The notes beneath the pieces are model-generated. The model was given only the letters and a program-made list of their open reading frames with translations. It was not told the origin of the DNA and did not search any database. This document shows positions 10,340-18,014 of a stretch of 64,000 nt of DNA, one piece after another. This DNA comes from a virus. Taxonomy: Duplodnaviria; Caudoviricetes. Every line of letters begins with the position of its first letter. The stretch's first letter is position 1. The DNA lies in IMG/VR virus record IMGVR_UViG_3300037400_001617; one strand, 5' to 3'. A program made the translations under genes and the position numbers.

Positions 10340-11323
10340 TTAGAACTTTGATATAGCACCACTATTGATGGTGACGACATCCCAACTCTTACCAAGATTA
10401 CTGTTGGTTGCTCTACCAGTAGAACGATCTATAATCGTTTCGGCGATAAGCTCCTGATTGGGTCTTGGATAGTTTGGAACTGATTGACCAGTGGTTGTGT
10501 CGATTACATCGAATGATGCAGCACCAGTAGAATCGTCAAGTACTACAACCTCTTTGATATTGGGATTGTGCTCAAGTATCATACGATTCTGTTCTGGTGA
10601 TATAGTCTGCATGTAGTTACCATAGCCAGCGTCAACGATATCTCCAGAAGGAGTTATCACTGTACCAGAACCCATCATGCCAGGATTAGCTATAGTGTTC
10701 TGAGATGTCTGCTGCAGGAATGGAGGAAGGTTACCAGTGTTGATAGGAGTATTGATGTATGCATTATACATTGCTGCCATACTTCTATCATCGTCTTCAG
10801 CCATCTGAAGTTCCTTTGTAGCTTGGTAACGCTTCATCTCAAGTTCATGAGACTTAGTTGTTACTGCATTGAGTTCCTTGATGGCAGTAAGCTTGTTTCC
10901 AAGAACACCGCAGATAGATTCGCCGAGATTGCTGATATATGTATATCTGCCTTTCATCTGCTTATTGCTTCTGATAGACTCAAACTCTTTCATGAGTTCG
11001 ATAGCCATGACATCCATCTGCTGAATTGTGCCACGAATCATACCTACACCTTCAGCGTAGGTCATTTCGTAAGGTTCGTTTGATGTACAGAGAGGAGTAT
11101 AAGGCTGTCCCTTAGGATTTTCAACTGGAACTGAAACTGTTTGTGGAACTGGAAGAGCTACTGCACTAGCAGTCTGCTGTTCTTCAGGTTTCTTTTTTGG
11201 AGGACGTCCTCTCTTCTTTTTGCCAGGTTCTGTTGTTGATTGTGACGTTGTACTTGTATTAGCCTCGTCAACTTCAACGTCAATGATTGAATTACCCTGA
11301 TAGGGTTTAACAGATTCAAACAT
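10340..11323 (-). CDS. Hypothetical protein with AT-hook-like motif
   Basis: 327 aa; KKKRGRPPKKK; central coiled coil; SD AAGGAGG; late-type promoter. Confidence 0.75.
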   Translation of the reverse strand: MFESVKPYQGNSIIDVEVDEANTSTTSQSTTEPGKKKRGRPPKKKPEEQQTASAVALPVPQTVSVPVENPKGQPYTPLCTSNEPYEMTYAEGVGMIRGTIQQMDVMAIELMKEFESIRSNKQMKGRYTYISNLGESICGVLGNKLTAIKELNAVTTKSHELEMKRYQATKELQMAEDDDRSMAAMYNAYINTPINTGNLPPFLQQTSQNTIANPGMMGSGTVITPSGDIVDAGYGNYMQTISPEQNRMILEHNPNIKEVVVLDDSTGAASFDVIDTTTGQSVPNYPRPNQELIAETIIDRSTGRATNSNLGKSWDVVTINSGAISKF

Positions 11324-11348
11324 GAATCGTACCTCCTTCGGTTAATTT

Positions 11349-11361
11349 TTATAAGAGTGTT
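11349..11361 (-). promoter_or_regulatory. Late-type promoter AACA-CTCTTA-TAA
   Basis: Motif match upstream of SD. Confidence 0.7.
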
Positions 11362-11372
11362 AGCTGTATCAG

Positions 11373-11385
11373 AACATAATGGTAA
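11373..11385 (+). promoter_or_regulatory. Late-type promoter AACA-TAATGG-TAA with no downstream ORF
   Basis: Perfect motif, divergent from 11349-11361. Confidence 0.6.
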
Positions 11386-11526
11386 GGAAGCATTAAAACG
11401 GGTGGTGTTTCCTTTCATGGTGTCATAGTCCTCCTAACTAATGAATCGGCTATTCATTAGCGACAACAACTGACCTCTCTGGAATGCTGGTAGGGATCTT
11501 CCCTACCAGTCGTTCTTGCGTCTTTT
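11384..11526 (+). ncRNA. Candidate small RNA carrying anti-Shine-Dalgarno motifs
   Basis: Promoter motif, UUUCCUUUCAU and CAUAGUCCUCCU, hairpin CUAAUGAAU/AUUCAUUAG, then terminator-like CUGGUAGGGA/UCCCUACCAG (11487-11509). Confidence 0.5.
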
Positions 11527-11547
11527 GTAGACTATAAAACCCTCTCC

Positions 11548-11592
11548 AACCATTAAATAATCAAAGTAATCGTACGTGTTTGGGACGATTAC
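11548..11592 (+). promoter_or_regulatory. Promoter AACC-ATTAAA-TAA plus leader hairpin of the polymerase gene
   Basis: Motif at 11548-11560; hairpin GTAATCGT/ACGATTAC at 11566-11592 directly before the SD. Confidence 0.55.
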
Positions 11593-11610
11593 GGAAAAGG
11601 AGGAATCACA

Positions 11611-13608
11611 ATGATACAGATAGGAAACTATCCTTTGCAGTACGATTTATCGTTATTGCAGACAATCTACCACAGACCAAAAAGAAACAAGAATACTCAT
11701 ACGGACATCCCAGATTCAATGGACCTTGTTATTAAGGACAATGTGACTGGAGAGAAGTTCGTAGAGACAATAGAAAATCCCGAATACACTTGGTACAGAA
11801 TAAAGAACGACGTGTTCGTTGACTACAATCTCGCTTTCATAGAGAAAGAGAAGTGTGATGCGATCACTGTTCCATACAGAAAACTTCTTAGAAGTATAGC
11901 AGAAGCAACTGGTAATGAGACATTCTTTGATGCTAATGCTGACAATGGAGACTACAAGAACAATCAGAGACTTCACGAGCATGTAAGAGTTATGGGTTCA
12001 GATATGAACATCGAAGACTTCTACAGGTTTCAGTTCGGTGAGTCTTATAAGAATGCCTTTGGTCCTATAAACAAGAGCTATCTCGATATTGAGGTTGACT
12101 CAAGAACTGCGAAGGGAGACTTCGTAGAACCAGGTGAGTGTCCAATCAATGCGGTGACATTCATAGACGATAGAACTCAGACAGTGTTCACCTTACTTCT
12201 TAGGGATCCATATAATCCCTTATGCCTGGAGTTCGAGAAGTTATTGAACAGTGGTAAGTTCGAAGCTATAGCGAGAGACTTTGTTATCAATGCTGTAGGT
12301 GGAATGGAGAAAGCTAAGAAGTATCGTGTAGATACTCTTCAGTTCTCGACAGCTATGTATACTGATGAGAAGGAGTTAATCAAGACCCTGTTCAATGTCA
12401 TTAACAAACTCGAACCAGACTTCTTATTGGCATGGAACATGGCGTTCGATATCCCATACATCATCGAGAGATGTAAGAAGTTAGAGATGAAGCCAGAAAA
12501 GGTAATGTGTCATCCAGACTTCAAGTACAAAGAAGTCAGCTACTTCATAGATGACAAGAACTACAATGAGTTTGCTGAGAGAAATGACTTCTGTAAGATA
12601 AGCAGTAAGACTGTATATCTTGACCAGTTAATTCACTTCGCTAGTAGACGTAAGGGACGTTCAGCAATCCCTAACTTCAGACTTGACAGTATAGCAGAGA
12701 TGACAGTAGGTTTCGGTAAGCTTGACTACCATCACATCTGCGAGAAGCTTGAAGATCTTCCGCAGAAGGATTACTTAACATTCGTGTTATACAATATCAT
12801 GGACGTTATCTCACAGTACTGTATCGAGAACAAGGTGAACGATGTAGGTAATGCATATAACAACGTTCTTCTGAACAACACTCGTATCAGTAAGATATAT
12901 CGTCAGACAGTATATCTGAAGAACAGAGCCTTCAAGTCATACTGGAGACAGGGCTTCGTAATGGGCAACAATACCAACAAGAACAACACCAAGACGAAGT
13001 TCCCAGGTGCTTGGGTATCAGATCCTACAAAGCTCGGACCTTACTCCAAGATGATAGTAAACGGCAAGCCTATCATGGTATTCAGAAATCTGAACGACTA
13101 TGACTACAAGAGCCTTTATCCGTCTATCACATCAGAACTCAATCTTGCGGCTAACACAATCATTGCTCGTATCATTATACCAACTCAGGTATATAAGAAC
13201 GAGAATAGATTTGCGAGAGAGGAATACAAGTACAAGAGAGAAGGACAGTTCCTTGAGGATTATCAGTCTCATCAGTGGCTTGAGTTCTATCATAGGTGGT
13301 TCCACCTTGCGTCATATGAAGAGATGTATGATGATGTAGTAACCTACTTCTCAGATATTGTACATCCAAGAGGTAAACTTGATCTCCATTGTACAGAGGG
13401 TGTATATCTGTTCTACAAAGTGCCCAACAGTAATACTCAAACTTCACCATTCGTTCCGATATGGGAACAGAAGATGATGGACAAGAAGACTGAGTATCCG
13501 CATGTACAGTTCCCATTCGATGACGAAGTCAGAACTTTCTCAGAGTTCTATAATAAGATAGAGTCTAGAGAAGAGAATTGTTATAGTAGAGAGGTAGTAG
13601 CAGTATGA
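11611..13608 (+). CDS. Family B DNA polymerase, N-terminal subunit (3'-5' exonuclease plus motif A only)
   Basis: ExoI YLDIEV, ExoII AWNMAFDIPYI, ExoIII YNIMDV, FPGAWV, motif A DYKSLYPS; no KxxxNSxYG or YGDTDS. Confidence 0.88.
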   Translation: MIQIGNYPLQYDLSLLQTIYHRPKRNKNTHTDIPDSMDLVIKDNVTGEKFVETIENPEYTWYRIKNDVFVDYNLAFIEKEKCDAITVPYRKLLRSIAEATGNETFFDANADNGDYKNNQRLHEHVRVMGSDMNIEDFYRFQFGESYKNAFGPINKSYLDIEVDSRTAKGDFVEPGECPINAVTFIDDRTQTVFTLLLRDPYNPLCLEFEKLLNSGKFEAIARDFVINAVGGMEKAKKYRVDTLQFSTAMYTDEKELIKTLFNVINKLEPDFLLAWNMAFDIPYIIERCKKLEMKPEKVMCHPDFKYKEVSYFIDDKNYNEFAERNDFCKISSKTVYLDQLIHFASRRKGRSAIPNFRLDSIAEMTVGFGKLDYHHICEKLEDLPQKDYLTFVLYNIMDVISQYCIENKVNDVGNAYNNVLLNNTRISKIYRQTVYLKNRAFKSYWRQGFVMGNNTNKNNTKTKFPGAWVSDPTKLGPYSKMIVNGKPIMVFRNLNDYDYKSLYPSITSELNLAANTIIARIIIPTQVYKNENRFAREEYKYKREGQFLEDYQSHQWLEFYHRWFHLASYEEMYDDVVTYFSDIVHPRGKLDLHCTEGVYLFYKVPNSNTQTSPFVPIWEQKMMDKKTEYPHVQFPFDDEVRTFSEFYNKIESREENCYSREVVAV

Positions 13609-14288
13609 TTAACACAATACTTGAGGCTATGAAAGTCGTTATAGCCTTAATGAAAGGTAAACCAGGAGACGCATTATACTTCCATAAAGACACCAAGAGT
13701 GGAGAGATGTATGCATACCTTATAGTGGGTAACAACTACATTCGTTACACTAGAGATGCACTCATACCAGAATTCGAATCGTTTAATGAAGAGATCTTTC
13801 TGGTGAATGTATTAGCATCGTTAGACCAAATCCAGGATGTAGCTGAAAGAGAAAAGGCATTCTTCAACTGTTATATACATGGTAAGGGTTTGTTAGTATT
13901 CGGAAAGACTTCTGTATCAGACTATGTGGCAGACGCTCGTTATCGTGACTTAATGTCGACTATAGGCGCAATGTTCAAGTATATGAGTAACGAGTGTACT
14001 TTGTCAGCTTATAAAGACTTCCATACCACACCACAATGGGATCTTTATACTAGTCTGAAAGCATCTGATGGTGCTAAGTATGTAAATATAGATGGCAAGT
14101 ATACGATGTACTTGTTCAGTGGTGTAATACCAACAACGAAGAACGATCATGTCGACCTCTTCGTCTTAGACAATCCCAACTATAATTTCTTCATGTCGAA
14201 CTTTGAGGTTACTAAGTGGAAGATAACCAAGAAAGAGACCAAGAGACTTTATACGTACAACTGTATTGTCTGCTTCTTTAGAATTTGA
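13605..14288 (+). CDS. Hypothetical protein coupled to the polymerase gene
   Basis: 227 aa; ATGA overlap. Confidence 0.75.
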   Translation: MINTILEAMKVVIALMKGKPGDALYFHKDTKSGEMYAYLIVGNNYIRYTRDALIPEFESFNEEIFLVNVLASLDQIQDVAEREKAFFNCYIHGKGLLVFGKTSVSDYVADARYRDLMSTIGAMFKYMSNECTLSAYKDFHTTPQWDLYTSLKASDGAKYVNIDGKYTMYLFSGVIPTTKNDHVDLFVLDNPNYNFFMSNFEVTKWKITKKETKRLYTYNCIVCFFRI

Positions 14289-14347
14289 AAGTTATGAGAG
14301 ATTAGTCCCAGAGAGGTCTACTCTCTGGGCTATTCTTTGTTACTCGA

Positions 14348-14360
14348 AACATTATAGTAA
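14348..14360 (+). promoter_or_regulatory. Late-type promoter AACA-TTATAG-TAA (portal)
   Basis: Motif match; supports the start at 14380. Confidence 0.7.
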
Positions 14361-14379
14361 CTTGAAAGGAGGAGTTATA

Positions 14380-16773
14380 ATGGCTTCAAACCAAAAGCAG
14401 CGTGAACGCAAAGTTGCTTCTGCTAATCGTAAAGCTAATCGTTTGGCTTCATTCGTACAGACAAATATTGATAAGCTCTACCAAAGCATATACTATACAC
14501 AGCCCTCTAACAAACATGACCTCGATATTATAAAGTCTAAACTGGATGCTTCTATAGATGGTATAGTAAGCTCAAACAAGGCTCAGACTGGTCAGGGTAA
14601 CTTAAGTGCTCTATACAATAGAGCTATGAGACAGCAATCCAACAACCCAGAAGCTATCAAGATGAGAGATATGAACAAAGACCTTGAGTCTCTACTCAAT
14701 GATACTAATATACTTGATACTGGTATTCTGGGTTTCATGAACGATACTACTACCGTAGCTGATTACGATGCTAAGATAGATACTATCGTAAAGTACATGC
14801 CTAAACTGAAAGAAGCGTTAGATACTAGAAAGGACAATGTCCTTTCTGCTGATCACTTCAGTAAGGACTTCATCAATGTAACTAATACTACAGTTGCTGG
14901 TGTACAAGCATCAGTACAGGAGCATATCAAAGAAATCAAAGAGAGATATAACTTCATCGATATCGCTGGAGAGATCTATGACAATGCTTCTAAGTATGGC
15001 GAACAGTTCGTCTATATAGTTCCTGCTAAGAAGGCTATAGCTAAACTTCTTGCTAACAAGAACAAGCCTGGCATCAGAGGTGACATTGACATTCATGAGC
15101 ATTGTATAATCTCTGAGTCTGGTGACTTTAGTAGAGAGAAGTTCGAAGCTGATATGAAAAGCTATGGACTTAAGCAGGAAGACTTCGGAGATATAGATAA
15201 GGTAGAAATTGAGTTCAACCGTTCTGGTCTCCTCACTGAGACAGTAGAGAATGAATACAAGTTCTACAAGGAGATAGGAGCAATCAACGAGATGGCTCTT
15301 AGTGATCCAGTAGGACACGTTATCAATGAAGCTACTGAGAAGAAGGTTACTGATCCTGAAGGAGATAGAATCAAGAATGCTCCAGATATCTCTAACTTCG
15401 ATACTGGTAAGAAGGCTAAGCCTAGTAATAAGACTAAGTTCGACGATACAGTAAAGGATGATCTTAAGTTCGACAACTTCGACTACAGAGGCACTGAGGG
15501 ACTTATAACTGATCAGAAGCGCTCTAATAAAGGAGACGTGGTTGATGTCCCAGGTAGCATCGTAAAACTCCTGGATCGTGAACACATCATTCCTATCTAC
15601 ATCGAAACACACTGTTTCGGATACTACTATATCGAGACTGACTACAGATATGATCCTATGAGAGACTATGACAGGATGCAGGATCCTACTATGTCACTCA
15701 AGGGTTCTAACTCTATTCTCTCTACCAACTCAGTTACAGATGCTACAGGTAGACAGAACAATATCACACGATTCCTTTCTTCTCAGATAGCTCAGTATAT
15801 TGACGCTAACTTCGTCAATGCTAACCAGGATCTGAGAGATGAGATCTACATGATACTGAAGAACAACGATATGGAGAACGGCCATAAGCTCAGTAAGGTA
15901 AAGGTTACATTCATACCTCCTGAGGATATGGAGCATGTCTACTTCAGAATGAACAAGAAGACTCATAGAGGTATATCAGATCTCCATGAGGCTCTCTTCC
16001 CTGCAACTCTCTACTCTGCAATGTATATCACTAACTGCATCATGACAATGACACGCTCTCAGGATAAGAGAGTGTACTATGTCAAGCAGAACGTGGATAC
16101 AAACATCTCGAAGACCCTTCTGAATACTATCAACCAGATCAAGAAGGGTAACATGAACATTCGACAGATTGAGAATATCAACCACATTCTCAATATCACT
16201 GGTCGATTCAATGACTACATCATTCCTAGAAACTCATCAGGTGAATCTCCTATAGACTTTGAGGTTATGCAGGGTCAACAGATAGAATTCAAGACAGAAC
16301 TGATGACAGTACTGGAAGAGATGGCAATCAACTCTACAGATGTACCACTTGAGATGATTCAGATGAGACAGTCTGTTGAGTATGCTACACAGCTTACTAT
16401 GACATCCAGTAAGTTCCTCAGAAAGGTATATAACCGTCAGGCTAAGTACCAGAAGAATCTTACTAGAATCTTCGCTAAGCTTTACAAGAATGAGTATCAG
16501 GATGATGATGTTTGTCTTGAGGTTACATTACCACCTCCGATGTTCCTTAACATCACCAATACTAACCAGATGGTTACAAACGTTCAGGACTATGCAAACA
16601 GCATAGCTGAAATAGAACTGGCTGAGGAAGATGATGAAATGGTTAAACGTCTTGCTGTAAAGGCGTTAACACTTCACTTCTTAGGATCATATCTCGATCT
16701 CCCAGCAATAGAAGATGTAATCACAAGAGCAAAACAAGAAGCATCAAAGCTTAAAAATAACGAAGAAGAGTAA
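14380..16773 (+). CDS. Portal protein
   Basis: T4 gp20-like segments TRSQDKRVYYV, NDYIIPRNSSGESPIDFEVMQG, AINSTDVP; start MASNQKQ after AAAGGAGG. Confidence 0.75.
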   Translation: MASNQKQRERKVASANRKANRLASFVQTNIDKLYQSIYYTQPSNKHDLDIIKSKLDASIDGIVSSNKAQTGQGNLSALYNRAMRQQSNNPEAIKMRDMNKDLESLLNDTNILDTGILGFMNDTTTVADYDAKIDTIVKYMPKLKEALDTRKDNVLSADHFSKDFINVTNTTVAGVQASVQEHIKEIKERYNFIDIAGEIYDNASKYGEQFVYIVPAKKAIAKLLANKNKPGIRGDIDIHEHCIISESGDFSREKFEADMKSYGLKQEDFGDIDKVEIEFNRSGLLTETVENEYKFYKEIGAINEMALSDPVGHVINEATEKKVTDPEGDRIKNAPDISNFDTGKKAKPSNKTKFDDTVKDDLKFDNFDYRGTEGLITDQKRSNKGDVVDVPGSIVKLLDREHIIPIYIETHCFGYYYIETDYRYDPMRDYDRMQDPTMSLKGSNSILSTNSVTDATGRQNNITRFLSSQIAQYIDANFVNANQDLRDEIYMILKNNDMENGHKLSKVKVTFIPPEDMEHVYFRMNKKTHRGISDLHEALFPATLYSAMYITNCIMTMTRSQDKRVYYVKQNVDTNISKTLLNTINQIKKGNMNIRQIENINHILNITGRFNDYIIPRNSSGESPIDFEVMQGQQIEFKTELMTVLEEMAINSTDVPLEMIQMRQSVEYATQLTMTSSKFLRKVYNRQAKYQKNLTRIFAKLYKNEYQDDDVCLEVTLPPPMFLNITNTNQMVTNVQDYANSIAEIELAEEDDEMVKRLAVKALTLHFLGSYLDLPAIEDVITRAKQEASKLKNNEEE

Positions 16774-16786
16774 AAGAAAGAAGAGA

Positions 16787-16810
16787 CGGACTGGGAATAA
16801 TCCCAGTCCG
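16787..16810. terminator. Bidirectional terminator
   Basis: CGGACTGGGA-ataa-TCCCAGTCCG between convergent genes. Confidence 0.75.
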
Positions 16811-16839
16811 AATCTTTTGTTGTGATCATTGGAACGATT

Positions 16840-17997
16840 TTACTGTCCCTGTCCCTGTGTCGGTTTGTAAGTGAGATCAGCTTTAAGGATATGCTCTGAT
16901 GTACCAACAGCCTTAACCTGCTGTGAATAGATACCATCGCTTCTTCCGAGTCCATAGTTTGAACCTTTGGTCTCGTCGAATACTGAACCAATCTTGCCGA
17001 CTGAGTTTGTATCTCTCTGAGTGAATGCTTCTGTAACAACACCGTTAGCGTCAGTCCATGATGTAGCACCAACTGCATAAGGATTGCTATTATCATTACC
17101 AGTACTGCTGGTATTAGCGTTAAGACCGAGGTTCTCATTAACTCTCTTAAGAGCTTCGTATGTGAAGTTAGTAGAGTCAACAATGAGACGGCTACCAGTT
17201 GTGTTGCGAGGATTACGCATAGCGAGAAGCATTCTCTGAGCAGCGAGTGATACCTGATCGTTGTTGATGAAGAATCCGTTGAAGGACATTGAGAGTTCAC
17301 CCCAACCGATTTCACCCTTTTCGCCGTCGTAGAGTGTGCTGAACTCAGCTGTTGTAGGCTGTGCAGCACAGATAAGGAATGCCTTTTCGATCTTAGTTAC
17401 TGTATTGTCAGTAAGGAAGTACATGAAGCTGAATACCTCACGGTGCGGTCCAGGATCCTTACCTGACTCAGTTGCAGGACCAGTACCGAATGTATACCAG
17501 TCGATAAGACCGTGGTATGTCTTAGCCTGTGTATCCTTATCCTTGATACCTGTAAGATAAAGCTCGTTGAACTTTGTCATTACAGAACCAGAACGCTCAT
17601 AGAATCTCATGGTGAACGTTGTAGAAGCACCCTGAGTTACTCTGTTGATGAGCTGAATAGATCTGATACCATTGCTGATTTCGCCGTTAGGTTCGCCAGT
17701 GATGTTTTCGATGTTGTCAATACCCTTGAAGTCGTGCTCTAAGATATGAACGTAGTTTCCTACGATAGTCTTCATCTCATCGCTGTTTTCAGCGAGTTCA
17801 CGCATGAAGTCAGGGACGCTGATTACTACGAGCCAAGGATAGCCTTTCTCATAGAGGTCGAACTGCTCGAGCTGTGAGAAGTCAGTAACACCTCTCATGA
17901 GGTTGTACTCAAGAAGGTTACGGGGAGTTTTAAGACCCTTGAAAATCTGCTGACCAACACCAGTTTGTGTGCTCTGAACGTTGCTAGTATCTGCCAT
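16840..17997 (-). CDS. Probable tail tube protein
   Basis: Directly downstream of the sheath gene; beta-rich segments (FTMRFYERSG, ELSMSFNG). Confidence 0.6.
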   Translation of the reverse strand: MADTSNVQSTQTGVGQQIFKGLKTPRNLLEYNLMRGVTDFSQLEQFDLYEKGYPWLVVISVPDFMRELAENSDEMKTIVGNYVHILEHDFKGIDNIENITGEPNGEISNGIRSIQLINRVTQGASTTFTMRFYERSGSVMTKFNELYLTGIKDKDTQAKTYHGLIDWYTFGTGPATESGKDPGPHREVFSFMYFLTDNTVTKIEKAFLICAAQPTTAEFSTLYDGEKGEIGWGELSMSFNGFFINNDQVSLAAQRMLLAMRNPRNTTGSRLIVDSTNFTYEALKRVNENLGLNANTSSTGNDNSNPYAVGATSWTDANGVVTEAFTQRDTNSVGKIGSVFDETKGSNYGLGRSDGIYSQQVKAVGTSEHILKADLTYKPTQGQGQ

Positions 17998-18014
17998 AAT
18001 CTATTCCTCCCTTC

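Noticed and set aside
11158-11418. 86-aa minus-strand ORF as the explanation for the anti-SD motifs
   Set aside because: It overlaps the 327-aa gene and its promoter out of frame, has no minus-strand promoter motif upstream, and the nearest SD-led ATG gives only M-T-P-stop. Unlikely but not formally excluded.
13605-14288. Second half of the split polymerase
   Set aside because: Lacks motifs B and C
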